Of a stretch of 64,000 nt of DNA, positions 51,324 through 64,000 are shown piece by piece; position 1 is the stretch's first letter; each line of letters begins with the position of its first letter. Source of the DNA: Eledone cirrhosa (Eukaryota); NCBI GenBank assembly GCA_964016885.1, contig OZ024741.1:4092001-4156000 (forward strand). Direction: 5' to 3'. The translations under genes and the position numbers were made by a program. Under the pieces are notes generated by a model. That model was not told where the DNA came from, made no database searches, and saw only the letters and a list, made by a program, of their open reading frames with translations.

Positions 51324-54300
51324 TAGAACTAATAACCTACTGTAGGACTATCAGAGATAGTTACTGTGATGTAGGAAATAGTAACCTACTGTTGAACTAT
51401 CAGAGATAGTTACTGTGATGTAGGAACTAGTAACCTAGTGTAGGACTATCAGAGATAGTTACTGTGATGTAAGAGCTAGTAACCTACTGTAGGACTATCA
51501 GAGATAGTTACTGTGATGTAGGAACTAGTAACCTAGTGTAGGACTATCAGAGATAGTTACTGTGATGTAGGAACTAGTAACCTACTGTAAGACTATCAGA
51601 TATAGTTAATGTGATGTAGGAACTAGTAATCTACTGTAGGACTATCAGATATAGTTAATGTGATGTAGGAACTAGTAACCTACTCTAGGACTGTCAGAGA
51701 TAGTTGGTGTGATGTAGGAACTAGTAATCTACTGTAGGACTATCAGATATAGTTGGTGTGATGTAGGAACTAGTAACCTACTGTAGGACTATCAGATATA
51801 GTTAATGTGATGTAGGAACTAGTAACCTACTGTTGGACTATCAGAGATAGATTTCTTTATTTACCATAAAGGCATAAAAAGAAGGGACAAATACAAAGGG
51901 GGAGTTTACATATAATCGAGTAAAAAGGGTGTAACATGAAAATAATCGAAAATAACCTCAAAAGGGAGGGGACGTGATGGGGGTTGCACACACCCCCGAA
52001 AAAGTGTGCAATCCTTTGCCCGGGGAGCACATGGAGAAGGTGCTCCCCTTTCCTTCACTTCTTTACCTACAGGATGGTATACAGAGAAGGCCCATTTACA
52101 CGAGCCATTCTCGCCACTATCACCCACCTTTCATAAAACTGCCTGTGGCCAAGCACCTCTCTCTCCATTCTTATCCTTCTTCCGAAGTGATATTGGAAGA
52201 AGTAGACCAGACTATGGCCAGAGAGGAAGTTGCCTGACCTCAGACCTTTCAATCGTGTCCACCAAACAACCTCTTTCAACATGGCTATTATGCACAGAAA
52301 AACCGCCTTTGCTTCCTTTGTGAAGAGGGGAGGCGGTTTGATTGTCATCACGGACTCGGTGGTCAATTTAATCGGCGCCACCCGCGACAGCAGTCGTTCG
52401 GCGTAGCCCCACAGATCAGCCACGCCCGGACATTGTTTCTTCGTGACGCACGCATCTAGGGCAAATCTTTTTTGGTTGGTGTGATGTAGGAACTAGTAAC
52501 CTACTGTAGGACTGTCAGAGATAGTTGGTGTGATGTAAGAACTAGTAACCTACTGTAGGACGATTAGAGATAGTTGGTGTGATGTAGGGACTAGTAACCT
52601 ACTGTTGGACTATCAGAGATAGTTGGTGTGATGTAGGAACTAGTAACCTACTGTAGGACTATTAGAGATAGTTGGTGTGATGTAGAAACTAGTAACCTAC
52701 TATTGGACTATCAGAGATAGTTACTGTGATGTAGGAACTAGTAACCTACTGTTGGACTATCACTGATAGTTGGTGTGTTGTAGGAACTAGTAACCTACTG
52801 TAGGACTATCAGAGATAGTTGGTGTGATGAAGGAACTAGTAACCTAACTTTGGACTATCAGAGATAGTCACTGTGTTGTATGAACTAGTAGCCTACTGTA
52901 GGACTATCAGAGATAGTTACTGTGATGTAGGAACTAGTAACCTACTGTTGGACTATCAGAGATAGTTACTGTGATGTAGGAACTAGTAACCTAGTGTAGG
53001 ACTATCAGAGATAGTTACTGTGATGTAGGAACTAGTAACCTACTGTTGGACTATCAGAGTTGGTTACTGTGATGTAGGAACTAGTAACCTACTATAGGAC
53101 TGTCAGAGATAGTTACTGTGATGTAGGAACTAGTAACCTACTGTAGGACTATTAGAGATAGTTGGTGTGATGTAGGAACTAGTAACCTACTGTAGGACTA
53201 TCAGAGATAGTTGGTGTGATGTAGGAACTAGTAACCTACTGTTGGACTATCAGAGATAGTTGGTGTGATGTAGGAACTAGTAACCTACTGTTGGACTATC
53301 AGAGATAGTTACTGTGATGTAGGAACTAGTAACCTACTGTAGGACTATCAGAGATAGTTGGTGTGATGTAGAAACTAGTAACCTACTGTTGGACTATCAG
53401 AGATAGTTGGTGTGATGTAGGAACTAGTAACCTACTGTATGACTATCAGAGATAGTTGGTGTGATGTAGGAACTAGTAACCTACTGTTGGACTATCAGAG
53501 ATAGTTACTGTGATGTAGGAACTAGTAACCTACTGTAGGACTGTCAGAGATAGTTGGTGTGATGTAGTAACTAGTAACCTACTGTATGACTATCAGAGAT
53601 AGTTGGTGTGATGTAGGAACTAGTAAACTACTGTTGGACTATCAGAGATAGTTACTGTGATGTAGGAACTAGTAACCTACTGTTGGACTATCAGAGATAG
53701 TTGGTGTGATGTAGGAACTAGTCACATACTGTTGGACTGTCAGAGATAGTTGGTGTGATGTAGGAACTAGTAACCTACTGTAGGACTATCAGAGATAGTT
53801 GGTGTGATGTAGGAACTAGTAACCTACTGTAGGACTATCAGAGATAGTTGGTGTGATGTAGGAACTAGTAACCTACTGTTGGACTGTCAGAGATAGTTAC
53901 TGTGATGTAGGAACTAGTAACTTACTGTAGGACTATCAGAGATAGTTGGTGTGATGTAGGAACTAGTAACCTACTGTAGGACTATCAGAGATAGTTGGTG
54001 TGATGTAGGAACTAGTAACCTACTGTAGGACTATCAGAGATAGTTGGTGTGATGTAGGAACTAGTAACCTACTGTAGGACTATCAGAGTTAGTTACTGTG
54101 ATGTAGGAACTAGTAACTTACTGTAGGACTATCAGAGATAGTTGGTGTGATGTAGGAACTAGTAACCTACTGTAGGACTGTCAGAGATAGTTAATGTGAT
54201 GTAGGAACTAGTAACCTACTGTTGGACTATCAGAGATAGTTAATGTGATGTAGGAACTAGTAACCTACTGTAGGACTATCAGAGATAGTTGGTGTGATGT

Positions 54301-57300
54301 AGGAACTAGTAACCTACTGTAGGACTGTCAGAGATAGTTACTGTGATGTAGGAACTAGTAACCTACTGTTGGACTATCAGAGATGGTTACTGTGATGTAG
54401 GAACTAGTAACCTACTATAGGACTATCAGATATAGTTACTGTGATGTAGGAACTAGTAACCTACTGTTGGACTATCAGAGATAGTTACTGTGATGTAGGA
54501 ACTAGTAACCTACTGTAGGCCTATCAGAGATAGTTGGTGTGATGAAGGATCTAGTAACCTACTATAGGACTATCAGAGATAGTTACTGTGATGTAGGAAC
54601 TAGTAACCTACTGTAGGACTATTAGAGATAGTTGGTGTGATGTAGAAACTAGTAACCTTGTGTAAAACTATCAGAGATAGTTACTGTGATGTAAGAACTA
54701 GTAACCTACTGTTGGACTATGAGAGATAGTTACTGTGATGTAGGAAATAGTAATCTACTGTTGGACTATCAGAGATAGTTACTGTGATGTAGGAACTAGT
54801 AACCTACTGTAGGACTATCAGAGATAGTTACTGTGATGTAAGAACTAGTAACCTACTGTAGGACTATCAGAGATAGTTACTGTGATGTAGGAACTAGTAA
54901 CCTACTGTAGGACTATCAGAGATAGTTACTGTGATGTAGGAACTAGTAACCTACTGTTGTAGTATCAGAGATAGTTGGTGTGATGTAGGAACTAGTAACC
55001 TACTGTTGGACTATCAGAGCTAGTTACTGTGATGTAGTAACTCGTAACCTACTGTAGGACTATCAGAGATAGTTGGTCTGATGTAGGAACTAGTAACCTA
55101 CTGTACGACTATCAGAGATAGTTGGTGTGATGTAGGAACTAGTAACCTACTGTTGGACTATCAGAGATAGTTACTGTGATGTAGTAACTCGTAACCTACT
55201 GTAGGACTATCAGAGATAGTTGGTGTGATGTAAGACCTAGTAACCTACTGTAGGATTATCAGAGATAGTTGGTGTGATGTAGGAACTAGTAACCTACTGT
55301 TGGACTATCAGAGATAGTTGGTGTGATGTAAGAACTAGTAACCTACTGTAGGACTATCAGAGATAGTTACTGTGATGTAAGAACTAATAAACTAGTGTTG
55401 GACTATCAGAGATAGTTGGTGTGATGTAGGAACTAGTAATCTACTGTAGGACTATCAGAGATAGTTGTTGTGATGTATGAACTAGTAACCTACTGTTGGA
55501 CTATCAGAGATAGTTGGTGATGTAGGAACTAGTAACCTACTGTCGGACTATCAGAGATAGTTACCGTGATGTAGGAACTAGTAACCTAATGTAGGACTAT
55601 CAGAGATAGTTACTGTGATCTAAGAACTAGTAACCTACTGTTGGACTATCAGAGATAGTTGGTGTGACGTAGGAACTAGTAACCTACTGTTGGACTATCA
55701 GAGATAGTTGGTGTGATGTAGGAACTAGTAACCTACTGTAGGCCTATCAGAGTTAGTTACTGTGATGTAGGAACTAGTAACCTACTGTTGGACTATCAGA
55801 GGTAGTTGGTGTGATGTAGGAACTAGTAACCTACTGTAGGACTATCAGAGATAGTTGTTGTGATGTATGAACTAGTAACCTACTGTTGGACTATCAGAGA
55901 TAGTTACTGTCATGTAGGAACTAGTAACCTACTGTAGGACTATCAGAGATAGTTGCTGTGATGCAGGAACTAGTAACCTACTGTAGGCCTATCAGAGATA
56001 GTTACTGTGATATAGGAACTAGTAACCTACTGTTGGACTATCAGAGATAGTTACTGTGATGTAAGAACTACTAACCTACTGTATGACTATCAGAGATAGT
56101 TACTGTGATATAGGAACTAGTAACCTAATGTTGGACTATCAGAGATAGTTGGTGTGATGTAGGAACAAGTAACCTACTGTAGGACTATGAGAGATAGTTG
56201 CTGTGATGCAGGAACTAGTAACCTAATGTAGGATTATTAGAGATAGTTACTGTTATGTAAGAACTAGTAACCTACTGTAGGACTATCAGAGATAGTTACT
56301 GTGATATAGGAACTAGTAACCTACTGTTGGACTATCAGAGATAGTTACCGTTGTGTAGGAACTAGTGACCTACTGTTGGACAATCAGAGATAATTACTGT
56401 GATGTAGGAACTAGTAACCTACTGTAGGACTAGCAGAGATAGTCACTGTGATGTAGGAACTAGTAACCTACTGTTGGACTATCAGAGATAGTTGGTGTGA
56501 TGTGGGAACTAGTAACCTAATGTAGGACTATCAGAGATAGTTACTGTGATGTAGGAACTAGTAACCTACTGTTGGACTATCAGAGATAGTTACTGTGATG
56601 TAAGAACTAGTAACCTACTGTAGGACTATCAGAGATAGTTACTGTGATGTACGAACTAGTAACCTACTGTTGGACTATCAGAGATAGTTGGTGTGATCTA
56701 GGAACTAGTAACCTACTGTAGGACTATTAGAGATAGCTGGTGTGATGTAGGAACTAGTAACCTACTGTAGGACTGTCTGAGATAGTTGGTGTGATGTAGG
56801 AACTAGTAACTTACTGTTGGACTATCAGAGATAGATGCTGTGATGCAGGAACTAGTGACCTACTGTAGGACTATCAGAGATAGTTGGTGTGATGTAGGAA
56901 CTACTAAACTACTGTAGGACTATCAGAGATGGTTACTGTGATGTAGGAACTAGTAACCTACTGTTGGACTATCAGAGATAGTTGCTGTGATGCAGGAACT
57001 AGTGACCTACTGTAGGACTATCAGAGATAGTTGGTGTGATGTAGGAACTACTAACCTACTGTAGGACTATCAGAGATAGTTTCTGTGATGTTGGAACTAG
57101 TAACCTACTGTTGGACTATCAGAGATAGTTGGTGTGATGTAGGAACTAGTAACCTACTGTAGGACTATCAGAGATAGTTGGTGTGATGTAGGAACTAGTA
57201 ACCTACTGTAGGACTATCAGAGATAGTTTCTGTGATGTTGGAACTAGTAACCTACTGTTGGACTATCAGAGATAGTTGGTGTGATGTAGGAACTAGTAAC

Positions 57301-60300
57301 CTACTGTAGGACTATCAGAGATAGTTTCTGTGATGTTGGAACTAGTAACCTACTGTAGGACTATCAGAGATAGTTGGTGTGATGTAGGAACTAGTAACCT
57401 ACTGTTGGACTATCAGAGATAGTTACTGTGATGTAGGAACTAGTAACCTACTGTAGGACTGTCAGAGATAGTTAGTGTGATGTAGTAACTAGTAACCTAC
57501 TGTATGACTATCAGAGATAGTTGGTGTGATGTAGGAACTAGTAACCTACTGTAGGACTATCAGAGATAGTTTCTGTGATGTTGGAACTAGTAACCTACTG
57601 TAGGACTATCAGAGATAGTTGGTGTGATGTAGGAACTAGTAACCTACTGTTGGACTATCAGAGATAGTTACTGTGATGTAGGAACTAGTAACCTACTGTA
57701 GGACTGTCAGAGATAGTTGGTGTGATGTAGTAACTAGTAACCTACTGTATGACTATCAGAGGTAGTTGGTGTGATGTAGGAACTAGTAACCTACTGTTGG
57801 ACTATCAGAGATAGTTACTGTGATGTAGGAACTAGTAACCTACTGTTGGACTATCAGAGATAGTTGGTGTGATGTAGGAACTAGTCACCTACTGTTGGAC
57901 TGTCAGAGATAGTTGGTGTGATGTAGGAACTAGTAACCTACTGTAGGACTATCAGAGATAGTTGGTGTGATGTAGGAACTAGTAACCTACTGTAGGACTA
58001 TCAGAGATAGTTGGTGTGATGTAGGAACTAGTAACCTACTGTTGGACTGTCAGAGATAGTTACTGTGATGTAGGAACTAGTAACTTACTGTAGGACTATC
58101 AGAGATAGTTGGTGTGATGTAGGAACTAGTAACCTACTGTAGGACTATCAGAGATAGTTGGTGTGATGTAGGAACTAGTAACCTACTGTAGGACTATCAG
58201 AGATAGTTGGTGTGATGTAGGAACTAGTAACCTACTGTAGGACTATCAGAGTTAGTTACTGTGATGTAGGAACTAGTAACTTACTGTAGGACTATCAGAG
58301 ATAGTTGGTGTGATGTAGGAACTAGTAACCTACTGTAGGACTGTCAGAGATAGTTAATGTGATGTAGGAACTAGTAACCTACTGTTGGACTATCAGAGAT
58401 AGTTACAGTGATGTAGGAACTAGTAACCTACTGTTGGACTATCAGAGATAGTTAATGTGATGTAGGAACTAGTAACCTACTGTAGGACTATCAGAGATAG
58501 TTGGTGTGATGTAGGAACTAGTAACCTACTGTAGGACTGTCAGAGATAGTTACTGTGATGTAGGAACTAGTAACCTACTGTTGAACTATCAGAGATGGTT
58601 ACTGTGATGTAGGAACTAGTAACCTACTATAGGACTATCAGATATAGTTACTGTGATGTAGGAACTAGTAACCTACTGTTGGACTATCAGAGGTAGTTGG
58701 TGTGATGTAGGAACTAGTAACCTACTGTAGGACTATCAGAGATAGTTGTTGTGATGTATGAACTAGTAACCTACTGTTGGACTATCAGAGATAGTTACTG
58801 TCATGTAGGAACTAGTAACCTACTGTAGGACTATCAGAGATAGTTGCTGTGATGCAGGAACTAGTAACCTACTGTAGGCCTATCAGAGATAGTTACTGTG
58901 ATATAGGAACTAGTAACCTACTGTTGGACTATCAGAGATAGTTACTGTGATGTAAGAACTAATAACCTACTGTATGACTATCAGAGATAGTTACTGTGAT
59001 ATAGGAACTAGTAACCTAATGTTGGACTATCAGAGATAGTTGGTGTGATGTAGGAACAAGTAACCTACTGTAGGACTATGAGAGATAGTTGCTGTGATGC
59101 AGGAACTAGTAACCTAATGTAGGATTATTAGAGATAGTTACTGTTATGTAAGAACTAGTAACCTACTGTAGGACTATCAGAGATAGTTACTGTGATATAG
59201 GAACTAGTAACCTACTGTTGGACTATCAGAGATAGTTACCGTTGTGTAGGAACTAGTGACCTACTGTTGGACAATCAGAGATAATTACTGTGATGTAGGA
59301 ACTAGTAACCTACTGTAGGACTATCAGAGATAGTCACTGTGATGTAGGAACTAGTAACCTACTGTTGGACTATCAGAGATAGTTGGTGTGATGTGGGAAC
59401 TAGTAACCTAATGTAGGACTATCAGAGATAGTTACTGTGATGTAGGAACTAGTAACCTACTGTTGGACTATCAGAGATAGTTACTGTGATGTAAGAACTA
59501 GTAACCTACTGTAGGACTATCAGAGATAGTTACTGTGATGTAGGAACTAGTAACCTACTGTTGGACTATCAGAGATAGTTGGTGTGATCTAGGAACTAGT
59601 AACCTACTGTAGGACTATTAGAGATAGCTGGTGTGATGTAGGAACTAGTAACCTACTGTAGGACTGTCTGAGATAGTTGGTGTGATGTAGGAACTAGTAA
59701 CTTACTGTAGGACTATCAGAGATAGTTGGTGTGATGTAGGAACTACTAAACTACTATAGGACTATCAGAGATGGTTACTGTGATGTAGGAACTAGTAACC
59801 TACTGTTGGACTATCAGAGATAGTTGCTGTGATGCAGGAACTAGTGACCTACTGTAGGACTATCAGAGATAGTTGGTGTGATGTAGGAACTACTAACCTA
59901 CTGTAGGACTATCAGAGATAGTTTCTGTGATGTTGGAACTAGTAACCTACTGTATGACTATCAGAGATAGTTGGTGTGATGTAGGAACTAGTAACCTACT
60001 GTAGGACTATCAGAGATAGTTTCTGTGATGTTGGAACTAGTAACCTACTGTAGGACTATCAGAGATAGTTGGTGTGATGTAGGAACTAGTAACCTACTGT
60101 AGGACTATCAGAGATAGTTTCTGTGATGTTGGAACTAGTAACCTACTGTTGGACTATCAGAGATAGTTGGTGTGATGTAGGAACTAGTAACCTACTGTAG
60201 GACTATCAGAGATAGTTTCTGTGATGTAGGAACTAGTAACCTACTGTAGGACTATCAGAGATAGTTGGTGTGATGTAGGAACTAGTAACCTACTGTAGGA

Positions 60301-63300
60301 CTATCAGAGTTAGTTACTGTGATGTAGGAACTAGTAACTTACTGTAGGACTATCAGAGATAGTTGGTGTGATGTAGGAACTAGTAACCTACTGTAGGACT
60401 GTCAGAGATAGTTAATGTGATGTAGGAACTAGTAACCTACTGTTGGACTATCAGAGATAGTTACTGTGATGTAGGAACTAGTAACCTACTGTTGGACTAT
60501 CAGAGATAGTTAATGTGATGTAGGAACTAGTAACCTACTGTAGGACTATCAGAGATAGTTGGTGTGATGTAGGAACTAGTAACCTACTGTAGGACTGTCA
60601 GAGATAGTTACTGTGATGTAGGAACTAGTAACCTACTGTTGAACTATCAGAGATGGTTACTGTGATGTAGGAACTAGTAACCTACTATAGGACTATCAGA
60701 TATAGTTACTGTGATGTAGGAACTAGTAACCTACTGTTGGACTATCAGAGGTAGTTGGTGTGATGTAGGAACTAGTAACCTACTGTAGGACTATCAGAGA
60801 TAGTTGTTGTGATGTATGAACTAGTAACCTACTGTTGGACTATCAGAGATAGTTACTGTCATGTAGGAACTAGTAACCTACTGTAGGACTATCAGAGATA
60901 GTTGCTGTGATGCAGGAACTAGTAACCTACTGTAGGCCTATCAGAGATAGTTACTGTGATATAGGAACTAGTAACCTACTGTTGGACTATCAGAGATAGT
61001 TACTGTGATGTAAGAACTAATAACCTACTGTATGACTATCAGAGATAGTTACTGTGATATAGGAACTAGTAACCTAATGTTGGACTATCAGAGATAGTTG
61101 GTGTGATGTAGGAACAAGTAACCTACTGTAGGACTATGAGAGATAGTTGCTGTGATGCAGGAACTAGTAACCTAATGTAGGATTATTAGAGATAGTTACT
61201 GTTATGTAAGAACTAGTAACCTACTGTAGGACTATCAGAGATAGTTACTGTGATATAGGAACTAGTAACCTACTGTTGGACTATCAGAGATAGTTACCGT
61301 TGTGTAGGAACTAGTGACCTACTGTTGGACAATCAGATATAATTACTGTGATGTAGGAACTAGTAACCTACTGTAGGACTATCAGAGATAGTCACTGTGA
61401 TGTAGGAACTAGTAACCTACTGTTGGACTATCAGAGATAGTTGGTGTGATGTGGGAACTAGTAACCTAATGTAGGACTATCAGAGATAGTTACTGTGATG
61501 TAGGAACTAGTAACCTACTGTTGGACTATCAGAGATAGTTACTGTGATGTAAGAACTAGTAACCTACTGTAGGACTATCAGAGATAGTTACTGTGATGTA
61601 GGAACTAGTAACCTACTGTTGGACTATCAGAGATAGTTGGTGTGATCTAGGAACTAGTAACCTACTGTAGGACTATTAGAGATAGCTGGTGTGATGTAGG
61701 AACTAGTAACCTACTGTAGGACTGTCTGAGATAGTTGGTGTGATGTAGGAACTAGTAACTTACTGTAGGACTATCAGAGATAGTTGGTGTGATGTAGGAA
61801 CTACTAAACTACTATAGGACTATCAGAGATGGTTACTGTGATGTAGGAACTAGTAACCTACTGTTGGACTATCAGAGATAGTTGCTGTGATGCAGGAACT
61901 AGTGACCTACTGTAGGACTATCAGAGATAGTTGGTGTGATGTAGGAACTACTAACCTACTGTAGGACTATCAGAGATAGTTTCTGTGATGTTGGAACTAG
62001 TAACCTACTGTATGACTATCAGAGATAGTTGGTGTGATGTAGGAACTAGTAACCTACTGTAGGACTATCAGAGATAGTTTCTGTGATGTTGGAACTAGTA
62101 ACCTACTGTAGGACTATCAGAGATAGTTGGTGTGATGTAGGAACTAGTAACCTACTGTAGGACTATCAGAGATAGTTTCTGTGATGTTGGAACTAGTAAC
62201 CTACTGTTGGACTATCAGAGATAGTTGGTGTGATGTAGGAACTAGTAACCTACTGTAGGACTATCAGAGATAGTTTCTGTGATGTTGGAACTAGTAACCT
62301 ACTATAAGACTATCAGAGATAGTTGGTGTGATGTAGGAACTAGTAACCTACTGTTGGACTATCAGAGATAGTTACTGTGATGTAGGAACTAGTAACCTAT
62401 TGTAGGACTGTCAGAGATAGTTGGTGTGATGTAGTAACTAGTAACCTACTGTATGACTATCAGAGATAGTTGGTGTGATGTAGGAACTAGTAACCTACTG
62501 TTGGACTATCAGAGATAGTTACTGTGATGTAGGAACTAGTAACCTACTGTTGGACTATCAGAGATAGTTGGTGTGATGTAGGAACTAGTCACCTACTGTT
62601 GGACTGTCAGAGATAGTTGGTGTGATGTAGGAACTAGTAACCTACTGTAGGAATATCAGAGATAGTTGGTGTGATGTAGGAACTAGTAACCTACTGTAGG
62701 ACTATCAGAGATAGTTGGTGTGATGTAGGAACTAGTAACCTACTGTTGGACTGTCAGAGATAGTTACTGTGATGTAGGAACTAGTAACTTACTGTAGGAC
62801 TATCAGAGATAGTTGGTGTGATGTAGGAACTAGTAACCTACTGTAGGACTATCAGAGATAGTTGGTGTGATGTAGGAACTAGTAACCTACTGTAGGACTA
62901 TCAGAGATAGTTGGTGTGATGTAGGAACTAGTAACCTACTGTAGGACTATCAGAGTTAGTTACTGTGATGTAGGAACTAGTAACTTACTGTAGGACTATC
63001 AGAGATAGTTGGTGTGATGTAGGAACTAGTAACCTACTGTAGGACTGTCAGAGATAGTTAATGTGATGTAGGAACTAGTAACCTACTGTTGGACTATCAG
63101 AGATAGTTACTGTGATGTAGGAACTAGTAACCTACTGTTGGACTATCAGAGATAGTTAAAGTGATGTAGGAACTAGTAACCTACTGTAGGACTATCAGAG
63201 ATAGTTGGTGTGATGTAGGAACTAGTAACCTACTGTAGGACTGTCAGAGATAGTTACTGTGATGTAGGAACTAGTAACCTACTGTTGAACTATCAGAGAT

Positions 63301-64000
63301 GGTTACTGTGATGTAGGAACTAGTAACCTACTATAGGACTATCAGATATAGTTACTGTGATGTAGGAACTAGTAACCTACTGTAGGCCTATCAGAGATAG
63401 TTGGTGTGATGAAGGATCTAGTAACCTACTATAGGACTATCAGAGATAGTTACTGTGATGTAGGAACTAGTAACCTACTGTAGGACTATTAGAGATAGTT
63501 GGTGTGATGTAGAAACTAGTAACCTTGTGTAAAACTATCAGAGATAGTTACTGTGATGTAAGAACTAGTAACCTACTGTTGGACTATGAGAGATAGTTAC
63601 TGTGATGTAGGAAATAGTAATCTACTGTTGGACTATCAGAGATAGTTACTGTGATGTAGGAACTAGTAACCTACTGTAGGACTATCAGAGATAGTTACTG
63701 TGATGTAAGAACTAGTAACCTACTGTTGTAGTATCAGCGATAGTTGGTGTGATGTAGGAACTAGTAACCTACTGTTGGACTATCAGAGCTAGTTACTGTG
63801 ATGTAGTAACTCGTAACCTACTGTAGGACTATCAGAGATAGTTGGTCTGATGTAGGAACTAGTAACCTACTGTACGACTATCAGAGATAGTTGGTGTGAT
63901 GTAGGAACTAGTAACCTACTGTTGGACTATCAGAGATAGTTACTGTGATGTAGTAACTCGTAACCTACTGTAGGACTATCAGAGATAGTTGGTGTGATGA
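51324..64000. repeat. 49-bp satellite array (~245 monomers in the window, continues past its end)
   Basis: Consensus GTAGGAACTAGTAACCTACTGT(A/T)GGACTATCAGAGATAGTT(AC/GG)TGTGAT. Period of 49 checked (52927 to 52976). Confidence 0.98.
51851..52474 (-). mobile_element. Tx1 3' fragment (subfamily C) inserted in the satellite
   Basis: Near-identical to 33989-34622. Interrupts a monomer at AGAGATAG^TTGGTG. Confidence 0.92.

Noticed and set aside
51324-64000. Palindromic 49-bp repeats as CRISPR or a coding repeat
   Set aside because: No spacers and no long ORFs; it is satellite DNA.

Overview
Eukaryotic, gene-free, repeat-saturated DNA. The SINE types, (TA)n load and element mix suggest a mollusc, probably an octopus; this is inference. 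Zone 1 (1-19 kb): (TA)n/(TAGA)n microsatellite fields carrying Penelope-like fragments (RT, GIY-YIG, pLTRs with hammerhead ribozymes, several folded back into palindromes) and RTE LINEs whose RT contains a PHD-like finger. Zone 2 (19-48 kb): SINEs, a decayed CR1 and co-oriented, minus-strand Tx1-clade LINE copies of three subfamilies, two of them full length. Nearly all end in AATAAA-GAAA(C/T)AT abutting (TATC)n with no poly(A), which points to (GATA)n targeting; 13 copies are present in the whole window. Zone 3 (48.5-64 kb): a Helitron 3' end with PIF1 helicase, then >12.6 kb of a palindrome-rich 49-bp satellite with higher-order duplications. One Tx1 copy sits in the satellite exactly at a GATAG motif. 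No host gene, CRISPR, rRNA or bona fide tRNA is supported. All alignments and folds were done by eye.
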